Positions 29,607 through 38,418 of a DNA stretch of 64,000 nt are shown here, in pieces. The stretch is from Candidatus Nomurabacteria bacterium (GTDB lineage Bacteria; Patescibacteriota; Minisyncoccia; Phycocordibacterales; SBAW01). Location: assembly GCA_943356415.1 (NCBI GenBank), contig CALREW010000001.1, forward strand, positions 357,745 to 421,744, written 5' to 3'. Below the pieces are notes generated by a model that did no database searches, was not told the DNA's origin, and saw nothing but the letters and a program-made list of their open reading frames with translations. Numbering within the stretch: the first letter of the stretch is position 1; every line of letters starts with the position of its first letter. The position numbers and the translations under genes were made by a program.

Positions 29607-30305
29607 CTACTTTTTCCTAAATACATACAGCGCGACGCGGCCGAAGTGTTTGTTGGCCGGGTAGGTAAACCTGCGCAAAAAGCGCCACGGCATCTCCGGT
29701 AAAAGGTAGGAGGTTTCCACAAGTTCAAAATGTGTGAGAAATCCCTTCTTCAAAATGGGATCTGTAAGAATGGAGATGTGGTCGTTGCCGGCCAAAAACC
29801 TATAAAACTCCCCGCGCCGCACGAAAAGTATCTTATTAAACGCGTGGTTCGGATTAGGCGTTGAGAGAATTAAGACACCGCCCGGCTTAAGGAGGCGTGC
29901 AATTTCTCTGGCAAAGTGAAATGGATTTTCAAGATGCTCCACGGTCTCAATCGACGTCACTGCGTCAAAAGAGGCGTCCGCGTACGGATACACATCGCGA
30001 TTAAAATCAAAGGTCTGTAATCCTCTCGTTGGAAATCCTTTAACCAGAAAATTTTCAATATCAGCGCCGTACGTCTCCTTTAGCCCCAGCTCATGGAGCA
30101 CCGTGAACACGTGGCCGTTAGCGGAACCAAGATCGAGAACTTTGTCGCTTGGCCGAAGGTGCGTACGCAGCGCACGCAAAAATCCTGGAGCCGCAAAAAC
30201 ACGAGTCTCTGCATCCTGGTACTTCTCGCGTAACTCATCCGCGATTTCCTTCATCTCCGCAACTGAAAGATACGGAACCGCTTTCTGCTTCTTTAGACTA
30301 GGCAT
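29607..30305 (-). CDS. class I SAM-dependent methyltransferase
   Basis: VLDLGSANG...FDAVTSIETVEHLENP...LKPGGVLIL. Confidence 0.8.
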   Translation of the reverse strand: MPSLKKQKAVPYLSVAEMKEIADELREKYQDAETRVFAAPGFLRALRTHLRPSDKVLDLGSANGHVFTVLHELGLKETYGADIENFLVKGFPTRGLQTFDFNRDVYPYADASFDAVTSIETVEHLENPFHFAREIARLLKPGGVLILSTPNPNHAFNKILFVRRGEFYRFLAGNDHISILTDPILKKGFLTHFELVETSYLLPEMPWRFLRRFTYPANKHFGRVALYVFRKK

Positions 30306-30368
30306 ACCTATGTGCTAGTAGCGTACATGGGAGCAACCGTTGGGCAAAGGGGTGCCTTCTTGCCCCTG

Positions 30369-30644
30369 TTAGGTAGTACGCTTATTGCGTCGCCAAATTT
30401 TTATATACACGGCCATGCACAAAAAGAGGAACAGGAGGGCGAGTATGTACTTTATCTGGAGCGGCGCCTGATTAATGAGGGTGGCATACCAAAGCGCAAC
30501 GATATTCGCGATGAATTGTATGAGTAAGAGCCAAAAACTCAACCCTTCAACACTTTTTGTTTTGAGAGTCTTATATATCTGCGGTATGTAGCAGACGGTG
30601 AAAAGGAAGGTGGCGGTCCATCCAAGGACTAAAGCGAGTGACAT
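30369..30644 (-). CDS. SemiSWEET/PQ-loop small sugar transporter-like protein (3 TM)
   Basis: 91 aa. The first TM carries the CYIPQIYKTLKTKSVEGLS PQ-loop motif. Confidence 0.5.
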   Translation of the reverse strand: MSLALVLGWTATFLFTVCYIPQIYKTLKTKSVEGLSFWLLLIQFIANIVALWYATLINQAPLQIKYILALLFLFLCMAVYIKIWRRNKRTT

Positions 30645-30760
30645 GTGTGTTTTTACGGATTAGGTGCGCTCGAGTATGTAAACCTAGCACTATTCGTATG
30701 CATCATACCGTGTGGGTAAGCCTTAAACCAGTCTTGTAAATAGACCTTTGCGTCAGCAAC

Positions 30761-30788
30761 ATACAGACCGTTTAACTATTGTCTGTAT
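30761..30788. promoter_or_regulatory. perfect 8-bp inverted repeat with a 12-bp spacer upstream of the SemiSWEET gene
   Basis: atacagac-cgtttaactatt-gtctgtat. Confidence 0.3.
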
Positions 30789-30829
30789 ATAAAGGTTTCC
30801 GTTTTTAGAGAAAGCTGAGAAAGAGAAAT

Positions 30830-30849
30830 CCCGGGCCGTACGGCCCGGG
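30830..30849 (-). terminator. intrinsic terminator after the radical SAM gene
   Basis: cccgggcc-gta-cggcccggg, 30 nt after the stop. Followed on the minus strand by a U-rich run. Confidence 0.5.
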
Positions 30850-30878
30850 TTCCCCTGCTTCGGCTATGTCGCCGAGGC

Positions 30879-32549
30879 TCAGGCTGTGCTGCTTTGCGTG
30901 AGGTTGCCCACGCGCAGGATGTTTGGGCCTGGCATGCCCATCGAGTGCTCGAAGGTAATGCCGGGCGCGCCAGGATTGAACGGGATGTTGAGCAGAGCGC
31001 GGACGCCGTCCTCCAGATCGCCTCGCAGTCGGACGAGGTCCTCCCGCGAAAGCGTGTCCGTGTAGACGTACGACTGGTACCCGCCCTCGGGGTCGCCCTT
31101 GTAGTAGTAGGCCTTCGCCAGAGGGTCGAACGCGTCGAGATAGAGGCGGTCTCCCGTTCCACCCCCACGCAGCGGTACCGTGTAGACCCAAGGCCCTTCA
31201 GGGTGCGCTGGATCGACCGGCTCGGCGTCGTCGTAGTAGGGCGTGCCGGGATAGCACGTGATCAGCGAGACGTCGAAGTCGTTCGGTTTCTGGGCGAGAA
31301 GCCACTGGCGAGTCTCCTCGATAGTTGCTTCCGTTTCGCCCGGATGACCGACCGACATAAGTGCCTTCACCTTGATCCCGTGCTTCTGGGCAATCTGCAG
31401 GCAGCGAGTGTTGTCTTCAGCCGTCGCCTGCTTGTGGATGTTCTTGAGAATCCTCGGTGAGCCCGACTCGAACCCGACGAGAATCCAGCGGAAGCCGGCA
31501 GCGTACATCGCGGCGGCCTGCTCTTCGTTGAAGAGCTCGGCCTTGATGAACCCGCGCAGACGCCACTCAACCCCCAGCTCTTCTTGCTTGCGGGCGATAG
31601 CCTTCATGAGGCCGACGAGTTCCTTGTTCACGTTGAGTTCGTCGTCGTAGAACATGAAGCCCGTCTTGCCCGTGGTCCTCCACAGGTGCTCCATCTCCGC
31701 GACAATGTCCTCGGTCGTGCGCGTACGGATGCGTCGAAGCATCGAAGACTTGCGTCCCCCGCAGAAACGGCAGCCGAACGGGCAGCCAAGTTGCGCAATC
31801 AGCGAGATCGCCGGGAAGCCCTCGATCGTGTAGCGATAGCTGGCGGCGTCCACCAGATCCCGAGCTGGCCACGGAAGCTCCTCGAGCTTCTCATTGGTCA
31901 GGAAGAGATCAGACGATGGCTCGTCGGCGTCGATGAGTTTCGGAGCGCCCGGATGGCACGCTTCGAAAATGGCCTCTTCGCCGTCGCCGGCAACGAGGAC
32001 ATCGAAGAGCTCGCCAAGTTCTTGCATGTGCGTTGCCGCACGGCGGAACTGCGCGTTACGCTTCGCTTCCCCCTTGGCAGCCGCATTCACGAGCGTGACG
32101 TGCGGACCGCCGAGGATGATCTTCGAGCCCGGCTTCTTCTGCCGCAACACGTTGACGATTCCGGCAACCGCCGGCATCTGCGGCGTGGTCGCCGTGATGC
32201 CGAAGAGCGTCGCGTCGCTGTGAGCAACGAAATACTCCACGGTCTCCAGGTAATTCTTCACGCCGGAGAGGTCGAGAACCCCGACCTCCGCTCCCGCCGC
32301 ACGCAGCACCGCCGCGATACGCAGGACTCCGAGGAACATGAAGACCCGCTCGTCGAGCAAGAATGCCGACGGCGGAATGATGAGCGTAATTGCCTTCGGC
32401 ACGACCTTCTCCGGAGCCCGAGCTCCGCGAAGGTCCGCCTGTGCGGTCTCACGCATGAGCAGACTCCTTCCAAAAAGTGAACCGATGTGCCCGTGCCCAA
32501 TAGAAAGGGCGGCCGAAGTCACAATAGCAAGTGCGTACTCGAACCGCAA
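30879..32549 (-). CDS. cobalamin (B12)-binding radical SAM enzyme (class B rSAM, probable methyltransferase)
   Basis: N-terminal B12-binding Rossmann domain, then CPFGCRFCGG (CxxxCxxC). GC-rich island. True start may be the internal Met (MRETAQ...). Confidence 0.8.
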   Translation of the reverse strand: MRFEYALAIVTSAALSIGHGHIGSLFGRSLLMRETAQADLRGARAPEKVVPKAITLIIPPSAFLLDERVFMFLGVLRIAAVLRAAGAEVGVLDLSGVKNYLETVEYFVAHSDATLFGITATTPQMPAVAGIVNVLRQKKPGSKIILGGPHVTLVNAAAKGEAKRNAQFRRAATHMQELGELFDVLVAGDGEEAIFEACHPGAPKLIDADEPSSDLFLTNEKLEELPWPARDLVDAASYRYTIEGFPAISLIAQLGCPFGCRFCGGRKSSMLRRIRTRTTEDIVAEMEHLWRTTGKTGFMFYDDELNVNKELVGLMKAIARKQEELGVEWRLRGFIKAELFNEEQAAAMYAAGFRWILVGFESGSPRILKNIHKQATAEDNTRCLQIAQKHGIKVKALMSVGHPGETEATIEETRQWLLAQKPNDFDVSLITCYPGTPYYDDAEPVDPAHPEGPWVYTVPLRGGGTGDRLYLDAFDPLAKAYYYKGDPEGGYQSYVYTDTLSREDLVRLRGDLEDGVRALLNIPFNPGAPGITFEHSMGMPGPNILRVGNLTQSSTA

Positions 32550-33689
32550 TTACGAAGTCGAAATAACCTCGAATATTCTCTTTGCGCGCTCCTCCCACGA
32601 ATGGGTCGCGACTACCTCCCTCGCCTTTATTGCCGCACGGTCTGCTCCAGCAGCGAATGCCTTTTCGAGCGCTTCTGCAAGTGACTGCTCGTCGTCAGGA
32701 GCAAAGAAAAATCCAGCATCTTCTGGAAGCACTTCCTGTATTGAAGGGAGTCGCGCGGCGACAATGGGTCTCCCGCTTGCCATATAGCCAAACAACTTCA
32801 TCGGAGAAGTGTAGTGGGATGAAATCATTTCTTTTCCAGAATTTGGGAGGACAAGTACATCGGCAGCGCGTTGCCAGAGCGGCAACTGGCGATATGGAAC
32901 GTGTCCCACAAGTCGTACCGAGGGTATGTGCTCGTAGCGTGCTGAAAAAGCGGCAACATCTTTTTTAGTGCCTCCAACAAAAACACACAGCGCGTCCGGA
33001 ACAAGTGCGGCAGCCTTCGCAAGCGTATCGACACCTTTCCACTCGTAGAGAAGTCCCGTATACACAGCGATGGGTACGTTTTGCGGGAGCCCGAGCGTTG
33101 CGCGCGCTTCCTTTTTACTCGTCTCTATAGAAAACTCCTCGAGCGCCACTGCATTTTGTTCGACAAAGACCTTTTGTGAAGCAAGATGAAATCGTTTTAC
33201 CAACTCTTGCGCCTTCCAACGGTTCGTTGCCAAAATGTGCCTCATGCGCTTGAGGAATATATGGTAGAAATACAAACTTTTTTCAGGAAAATCATGCACT
33301 GCGTAGACCGTATTTGGGAAGAAGAACGAAGCAAAATACAGCGGGAGTGACTCATTGGAATAGAGAATGTCACTCTCTTTAGCTTTCACCAGAAGGTACA
33401 GAAGTGAGCTAATAGAAAACGTGAAAAGACTCAACCGAAATGCAATAAATGAAAGGAGCGGCACTCGGAAAAGATCGATGGTTGGGAGATAGACGATCCG
33501 TACACCTTGAGGAAGCCGGTAGTACTCGTGCGCGTCGCGAGGGATCCTCCCCAACCGGCGAGGAGCGACAATCGTCACTGCCGCGTGCCGTAAAAATGCA
33601 CGCGCCTCTTCCGCAGCAAAAAGAGCGGCAGCTTTCTCACTGGGGAAACGCCCATGCAGGAATATGTAAATGCATCGAGAGGTATTCAT
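32550..33689 (-). CDS. GT4 (GT-B) glycosyltransferase
   Basis: C-terminal EX7E-type motif ...SPMKLFGYMASGRPIVAARLPSIQEVL. Confidence 0.85.
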   Translation of the reverse strand: MNTSRCIYIFLHGRFPSEKAAALFAAEEARAFLRHAAVTIVAPRRLGRIPRDAHEYYRLPQGVRIVYLPTIDLFRVPLLSFIAFRLSLFTFSISSLLYLLVKAKESDILYSNESLPLYFASFFFPNTVYAVHDFPEKSLYFYHIFLKRMRHILATNRWKAQELVKRFHLASQKVFVEQNAVALEEFSIETSKKEARATLGLPQNVPIAVYTGLLYEWKGVDTLAKAAALVPDALCVFVGGTKKDVAAFSARYEHIPSVRLVGHVPYRQLPLWQRAADVLVLPNSGKEMISSHYTSPMKLFGYMASGRPIVAARLPSIQEVLPEDAGFFFAPDDEQSLAEALEKAFAAGADRAAIKAREVVATHSWEERAKRIFEVISTS

Positions 33690-34756
33690 AGTGGTGTTGC
33701 ACGAGAGGATATCTCACGAGGGTGACTAAAGAGAAACCGATAAAATGCATCTGCACGCAAATACGTTTCAAATACTTCGCGCCCACGACGCTGTTTTTTT
33801 ACATACTCCTCGTCATCCATCGAGTCGTAGTACGCGCGAATATGCTTCCCCAAAGAAGCCATGTCTGTGTACGGCACGAATAAACAAAAACTCTGGTAGT
33901 CGATTATATCTTCAAGTGGCAAAAGACTGTCAGTATCCACAACAACCGGCATTCTCCCTACCGAGAGCGCTTCATAGAAGCGTGTTGCGGCATTTCCATC
34001 ACCACGAACAGTCAAAGCAAAATCTGCACCGACGAGATTATCTAGAAACTCCTTTTGTAACGATTCAATCGAACCTATTGCCGTTTTTCGATTAAGTGAG
34101 AAGAAGGTTCGTACGATAAAGTGTGTCTCAACATCGGGTGACGCGGCAAGGATTTGTAACATTCGTTCACGGAATGAAACACCTCCTTTATGCGCACGTA
34201 AGTATGGCGCGCGGAGAATGATTGCCTTACCTTCCCAAAAGCTATTCTTTATCCATTCTTTAAGACGTGCGCGTAGCGTTGCGTGCCGAGCCCGTCCGCA
34301 AAAAGAAATTGAAGGTACACCGTCGTGTTTGTGTCGCAACGTAATTTCCCCTTCAAGTTTTTCCGGAGCATACGGTGGGATGATAATCTCGTTTTGCCGC
34401 TTTCGGTGACGGTACTGCGAATACCGGAGTACGATGGTGTTTGAAAGTGCTATGTCGGAGTCATCATCCCCATAAGCGATGAGAATCAGAATTCGATCAA
34501 CTGAGCGCGCAAATGCGACAGCGGCTTCTAGGTGTGCCCTGTCGTCCTTGCGTACTTCTTTGTACCAGTGCGGGTACAGCAGGTAATCCGCATCTGAAGG
34601 ATTGGCCACAACCTCAAAAAAAGGAGTGTATTTCTTAAATATGTCCGCCAAATGGACCTGGCTCCGGGTGTAATAGTCTTCAGTGCCATACACCGGGTAC
34701 AACTCAGGTATGATTGGCTTTCCCTGGATACGTTCGTATACGTAGATTTTGGTCAT
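33686..34756 (-). CDS. exostosin (GT47)-like glycosyltransferase
   Basis: FALTVRGDGNAATRFYEALSVGRMPVVVDTDSLLPLEDIIDYQSFCLFVP matches the exostosin C-terminal block. Confidence 0.5.
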   Translation of the reverse strand: MTKIYVYERIQGKPIIPELYPVYGTEDYYTRSQVHLADIFKKYTPFFEVVANPSDADYLLYPHWYKEVRKDDRAHLEAAVAFARSVDRILILIAYGDDDSDIALSNTIVLRYSQYRHRKRQNEIIIPPYAPEKLEGEITLRHKHDGVPSISFCGRARHATLRARLKEWIKNSFWEGKAIILRAPYLRAHKGGVSFRERMLQILAASPDVETHFIVRTFFSLNRKTAIGSIESLQKEFLDNLVGADFALTVRGDGNAATRFYEALSVGRMPVVVDTDSLLPLEDIIDYQSFCLFVPYTDMASLGKHIRAYYDSMDDEEYVKKQRRGREVFETYLRADAFYRFLFSHPREISSRATPL

Positions 34757-34757
34757 A

Positions 34758-35387
34758 TTACTGATCTACGGAAAAGAGAAAAAATCGGTGCGAGGGATCA
34801 TCTGCATATTTTTTCGAATAAATGAGCGTAAGTCCCACGGCCCTTGCTACTGCGAGGAACCGTTCGGTGGAATACCCTTTTTTGCCAAGTTCCCAATAGT
34901 GCTCACCATTAAAGGTGTGTTTTTTCCAGAAAAAAGGAATCTGAAAAAGGAATGCGGTGCGAGGGAGAAGCGGTAGCTTGCATACAAAAGAAAAAACCCA
35001 CCCAGGATGCGGAACCGAGATGACCACACTTTTCCTTGAAACTCGCGCCAGTTCACTCAACGCTTTCTCTACATCTTCAAAGCGAATATGTTCCAGAATC
35101 TCTGCGGCAAGCACAACATCATATGAAGCTGGCGGAAACGGGAGTGCTAGTATCGAACCAACAACATCCGGGTGCACATCTTCTGCAATATCGATAGTGG
35201 TAACGTCACACCCCTGCGCTTTAAGTTCGCGGGCCACAACCCCACTACCGATACCAATCTCAAGCACATTTTTTGGGTGTGTTTGCCATACCAAAGCCAT
35301 CTGGTGGAAATAAGAAATCCACCGCTCTGCGGAACGATAGGCCTTGCCTTCATAATGTGTCTTATCTACCTGTGGCGTATACGTCAT
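34758..35387 (-). CDS. class I SAM-dependent methyltransferase
   Basis: VLEIGIGSG...YDVVLAAEILEHI. Confidence 0.8.
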   Translation of the reverse strand: MTYTPQVDKTHYEGKAYRSAERWISYFHQMALVWQTHPKNVLEIGIGSGVVARELKAQGCDVTTIDIAEDVHPDVVGSILALPFPPASYDVVLAAEILEHIRFEDVEKALSELARVSRKSVVISVPHPGWVFSFVCKLPLLPRTAFLFQIPFFWKKHTFNGEHYWELGKKGYSTERFLAVARAVGLTLIYSKKYADDPSHRFFLFSVDQ

Positions 35388-36406
35388 GTAAGTGCTTCGA
35401 CAATTTTTGGGACAAGTTTCTGCAATGAATGATTCTCTCGCACGTACGTAGTAAGTGGCTCCATTGAAACCTCTCTCGCATGCAGTATAGCGTCAGCAAC
35501 ACGCGTTGGATTGTTTCCTTCTACATAGAGTCCGTATGGCGTAAGGAGACTGCGAAATGCTTCGTTGGTCGTTACCAAAGGAAGCCCTGAAACCAACGGT
35601 TCAAATCCAGCCTTGTCCATATTCCCTGTTGTACCAAAGTTAAGAAATACATCGTGCTGCTGAAATAGTTCAGGAATTGCCACGTGTGCGGCTGGACCGT
35701 ACAAAACTACCGAATCACGTAAGCCCATGCGCTCTATATCTCCAATCAATTCCCGGCTGTATTGCTCTTCTGCAGCGGTCCCAGCGCCTCCGACAAATGT
35801 GAGGAGTGGTTTCTCACCACGTCGCAGGAGCTCAGAAACAACGGGCAACATTTCTTTGAGGTGTTTGCTCTCTGCGATGCGCCCAACGGAAATGAGTCTC
35901 AGTCGATCGGCGTGCGCTTTTTGTTGTGGCTTGAATCGCTCCATGTCCACTCCGTGGCCCATGGGTTCTAGTTTGGATGTCCTCATACCGAAACTTTCTT
36001 TCGTGACGCTAAATACCTTGTCGGTAAAAAGTAGTGCTATGCGCAACTTCAGCGTGACACTCTTGTGTGCGTACCATAGGGATGTCTTTTTATTCCACAG
36101 TTTCCAAAACCAACCACAGACAACCAAGTATTCCGGATTCATATGAACAAAAACGGCATCGTAGGAATTCCTCTCTGCTATTGAAACCTGGAGCAGGCGC
36201 CATGCGTACGAAATAGAAGATGCTGTTCTCTTCTCTTTACCTAAAGAAAAAACTCGCACATTCTGCGGAAGCGAATGTCTCCCCTCCTTTAGACACACCA
36301 CACTCACCTTTTCGCAATGCTTCGCAAACTCAGCAACCCACTCATGAAAAAACCCGAGATGCGGGTCATCGCTATCGAGTACTTGCGTCGTAATTAGCAG
36401 TCTCAT
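35384..36406 (-). CDS. GT4 glycosyltransferase
   Basis: GT-B architecture. Start moved to the internal Met (MRLLITTQVLD...) to avoid overlap with the upstream gene. Confidence 0.75.
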   Translation of the reverse strand: MRLLITTQVLDSDDPHLGFFHEWVAEFAKHCEKVSVVCLKEGRHSLPQNVRVFSLGKEKRTASSISYAWRLLQVSIAERNSYDAVFVHMNPEYLVVCGWFWKLWNKKTSLWYAHKSVTLKLRIALLFTDKVFSVTKESFGMRTSKLEPMGHGVDMERFKPQQKAHADRLRLISVGRIAESKHLKEMLPVVSELLRRGEKPLLTFVGGAGTAAEEQYSRELIGDIERMGLRDSVVLYGPAAHVAIPELFQQHDVFLNFGTTGNMDKAGFEPLVSGLPLVTTNEAFRSLLTPYGLYVEGNNPTRVADAILHAREVSMEPLTTYVRENHSLQKLVPKIVEALT

Positions 36407-36434
36407 ATCCCGTAGCCCATATAGTACTACTTGG

Positions 36435-37292
36435 CTATTTCTTCCCGACACGTGCTCCATATACTCCCCGCAAAAGACCAAGGTCTTTCTTTGTCGAAGT
36501 TAAAAGGGCAATATTTTTTGCTTCAAGTGCGCGCAATACGGCAAGACCTGTTTTGTCCTTTGTAAGGATCTGCTGGTACATACCGCGCGCTGCAGCCATG
36601 TCTTTGATAAAACAGCCGCCACCTGCTCCACGGCCGCTTTTATGAAGCGGCCGTGCGTACCGATTGGAAATAAAGGGGTCTGCAAGCGCTGCTTTCTCGA
36701 TTGGTTCCCAATCGCAGCCAAGTGCTTTTGCAAAGTCGTACATCAGATTAAAAAGGATGACTTGCGCGTAGCCGCTTAGATTGTGGGTGTACTTAAACAC
36801 TTCTGCTTCGTCACTTGAGCACGTGAGAACAAACGGAGCCTTAGGCAAAATGGCGTGCACGAGCTTTGCCGCTTCCACGTGCTTCTTTGTCTTACGAGGC
36901 AAACCAACGATATTCTCAGCTGGATGTGCCGCATCATGCGCAGCGGTCCCCACACTAAGGAATTCCGGAGAAAAGAGGACGGTGATATTTTTGTGAGCTG
37001 ATTGGAAACGTTTGGTTGTACCCGGCAACAAGGTCGACTTGATGACCGCGATCTTTCCCGACCCCACAAGCGAAAGTGCCTGCTTCACAATGCCCGCATC
37101 AAAACCCTTTGGGGTCGTCGGTGTTGGCACGCCGATAAACACAACATCGCAGTCTTTGATAAATGCCTTGTTACGAACATAGGGTTCTTCAAGCGAATAC
37201 CGTACGACAGAAAAGCCACGACGCTCAAAATCGTTCGCGTAGTTTTTCCCAACGTATCCCTGACCGATAAATCCTATGCGTGGCTTTTTCAT
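36435..37292 (-). CDS. UDP-glucose/GDP-mannose dehydrogenase family protein, short form lacking most of the C-terminal UDP-binding domain
   Basis: N-terminal GFIGQGYVG, FSPEFL and catalytic-Cys motif GGGCFIKD are present. Only ~55 aa follow the Cys motif, so the ~285 aa product is truncated compared with typical UGDH. Confidence 0.6.
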   Translation of the reverse strand: MKKPRIGFIGQGYVGKNYANDFERRGFSVVRYSLEEPYVRNKAFIKDCDVVFIGVPTPTTPKGFDAGIVKQALSLVGSGKIAVIKSTLLPGTTKRFQSAHKNITVLFSPEFLSVGTAAHDAAHPAENIVGLPRKTKKHVEAAKLVHAILPKAPFVLTCSSDEAEVFKYTHNLSGYAQVILFNLMYDFAKALGCDWEPIEKAALADPFISNRYARPLHKSGRGAGGGCFIKDMAAARGMYQQILTKDKTGLAVLRALEAKNIALLTSTKKDLGLLRGVYGARVGKK

Positions 37293-37365
37293 GAAAATTG
37301 CACGCGCTCTGCGTGCACGCCCCAACACCCTCACAGCATACAACACCAAGATACTATGCGAAGTT

Positions 37366-37459
37366 TCAAACGAAAAAGCCGTCCCCAGAGGGACGGCTTC
37401 TCCCAGCCTTGCGGCTGAAATGTGTGGGCGAACCGCGTGTGCGGTTAGCCCAGGAGCTT
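37366..37459 (-). repeat. copy A of a ~90-bp 3' element (three hairpins including an intrinsic terminator) following gene 37445..38224
   Basis: Near-identical to 38323..38418 (3 substitutions plus a 2-nt indel over ~85 nt). Confidence 0.85.
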
Positions 37460-38224
37460 AAGCTTGTCGAAAGCCCTGCAGACGCTGAGCGCGTCGGCGA
37501 ACTGCTTCGCGATCTTCTCGCGCGGACGGTTCCGAGGGCTCATCGCCGGCACAGGGACGACCTTCACGTTCAGTCCGGCGGCGATGGCTCCGAGTGCTAT
37601 CATGCCATCGAAGCCCCAGGACACCTCTTCGCCACGGGCCCGCTCGACCTCCGCGTGAATCAACATAGCTTTGTCGAGCACACACCGGAGCACATTCTTC
37701 CCCCGGAAGAGCTGAAAGCCGTGGGCGCACGAGAGGCGCAGTTTGCCGCCGCTCGTCTGCCCATAGAGTTCCGGGAAAACATCCCTGTGCATGACCTCGT
37801 CCGCGGACCCGTAAATGAGGCCGTTGGACGAGTGGCTGAAGTCGAGGTCGCCGATGACCATGTCGGCCCTTTTTTCCTCCAAGGCGCGGCAGAGGTCCCT
37901 GATCTTGCAAATGGGATGCTCCGCCGTGTCCAGGCGAACGATGGTTTCTTCGGACCCACCGCAGAGCACTGCGGTGTCATAGCCAGCGCGCAGAGCGCCA
38001 GCAAGTCCGCGGACGTGCGAGTAGACGCCGACCATACCGAAACCCTTCTTGGCGGCAACACGCGCGAGTTCGACATCTTCAGCAGGGTCGGGGCAGCCAT
38101 TGACCGCCACGATGATCCTTGTCGAGGTGTCTTTCATCTCCTTGCGCAGCTGCGCAAGGAACGAGCCTTCTTCCTCGGCGGCTTTGATAGCCTTTCCTTG
38201 GAAGTCGGGCACGACGATAATCAA
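37445..38224 (-). CDS. hypothetical protein, possibly a GT-A fold glycosyltransferase; TTG start
   Basis: GC-rich island. Starts IIVVPDFQ (GT2-like first strand). Contains GDLDFS acidic motif. Family assignment weak. Confidence 0.3.
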   Translation of the reverse strand: MIIVVPDFQGKAIKAAEEEGSFLAQLRKEMKDTSTRIIVAVNGCPDPAEDVELARVAAKKGFGMVGVYSHVRGLAGALRAGYDTAVLCGGSEETIVRLDTAEHPICKIRDLCRALEEKRADMVIGDLDFSHSSNGLIYGSADEVMHRDVFPELYGQTSGGKLRLSCAHGFQLFRGKNVLRCVLDKAMLIHAEVERARGEEVSWGFDGMIALGAIAAGLNVKVVPVPAMSPRNRPREKIAKQFADALSVCRAFDKLKLLG

Positions 38225-38322
38225 CTTGTCCCAACCTTTCCGGGATTTTTACCCGAAAATATAATACTACAGATTTTAATAAAAATCAATATCTCTATCT
38301 GCTCATCATTTTAAGACTCCTC

Positions 38323-38418
38323 TCCAACGAAAAAGCCGCCCCCAGAGGGACGGCTTCTCCCAGCCTTGCGGCTGAAATGTGTGTGGGCGAACCGCGTGTG
38401 AGGTTAGTCCAGGAGCGC
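38323..38418 (-). repeat. copy B of the ~90-bp 3' element following gene 38404..39438
   Basis: See copy A. The terminator stem here carries a substitution that becomes a U-G wobble in minus-strand RNA. Confidence 0.85.

Noticed and set aside
31584-32480. 298-aa plus-strand ORF inside the radical SAM gene
   Set aside because: Antisense shadow in a GC-rich region. The minus-strand frame contains the B12-binding and CxxxCxxC motifs.
37366-38418. Integron attC (59-be) interpretation of the duplicated 3' element
   Set aside because: It lacks the RYYYAAC ... GTTRRRY core-site pair and is three separate short hairpins rather than one long imperfect palindrome. No intI or attI is nearby.
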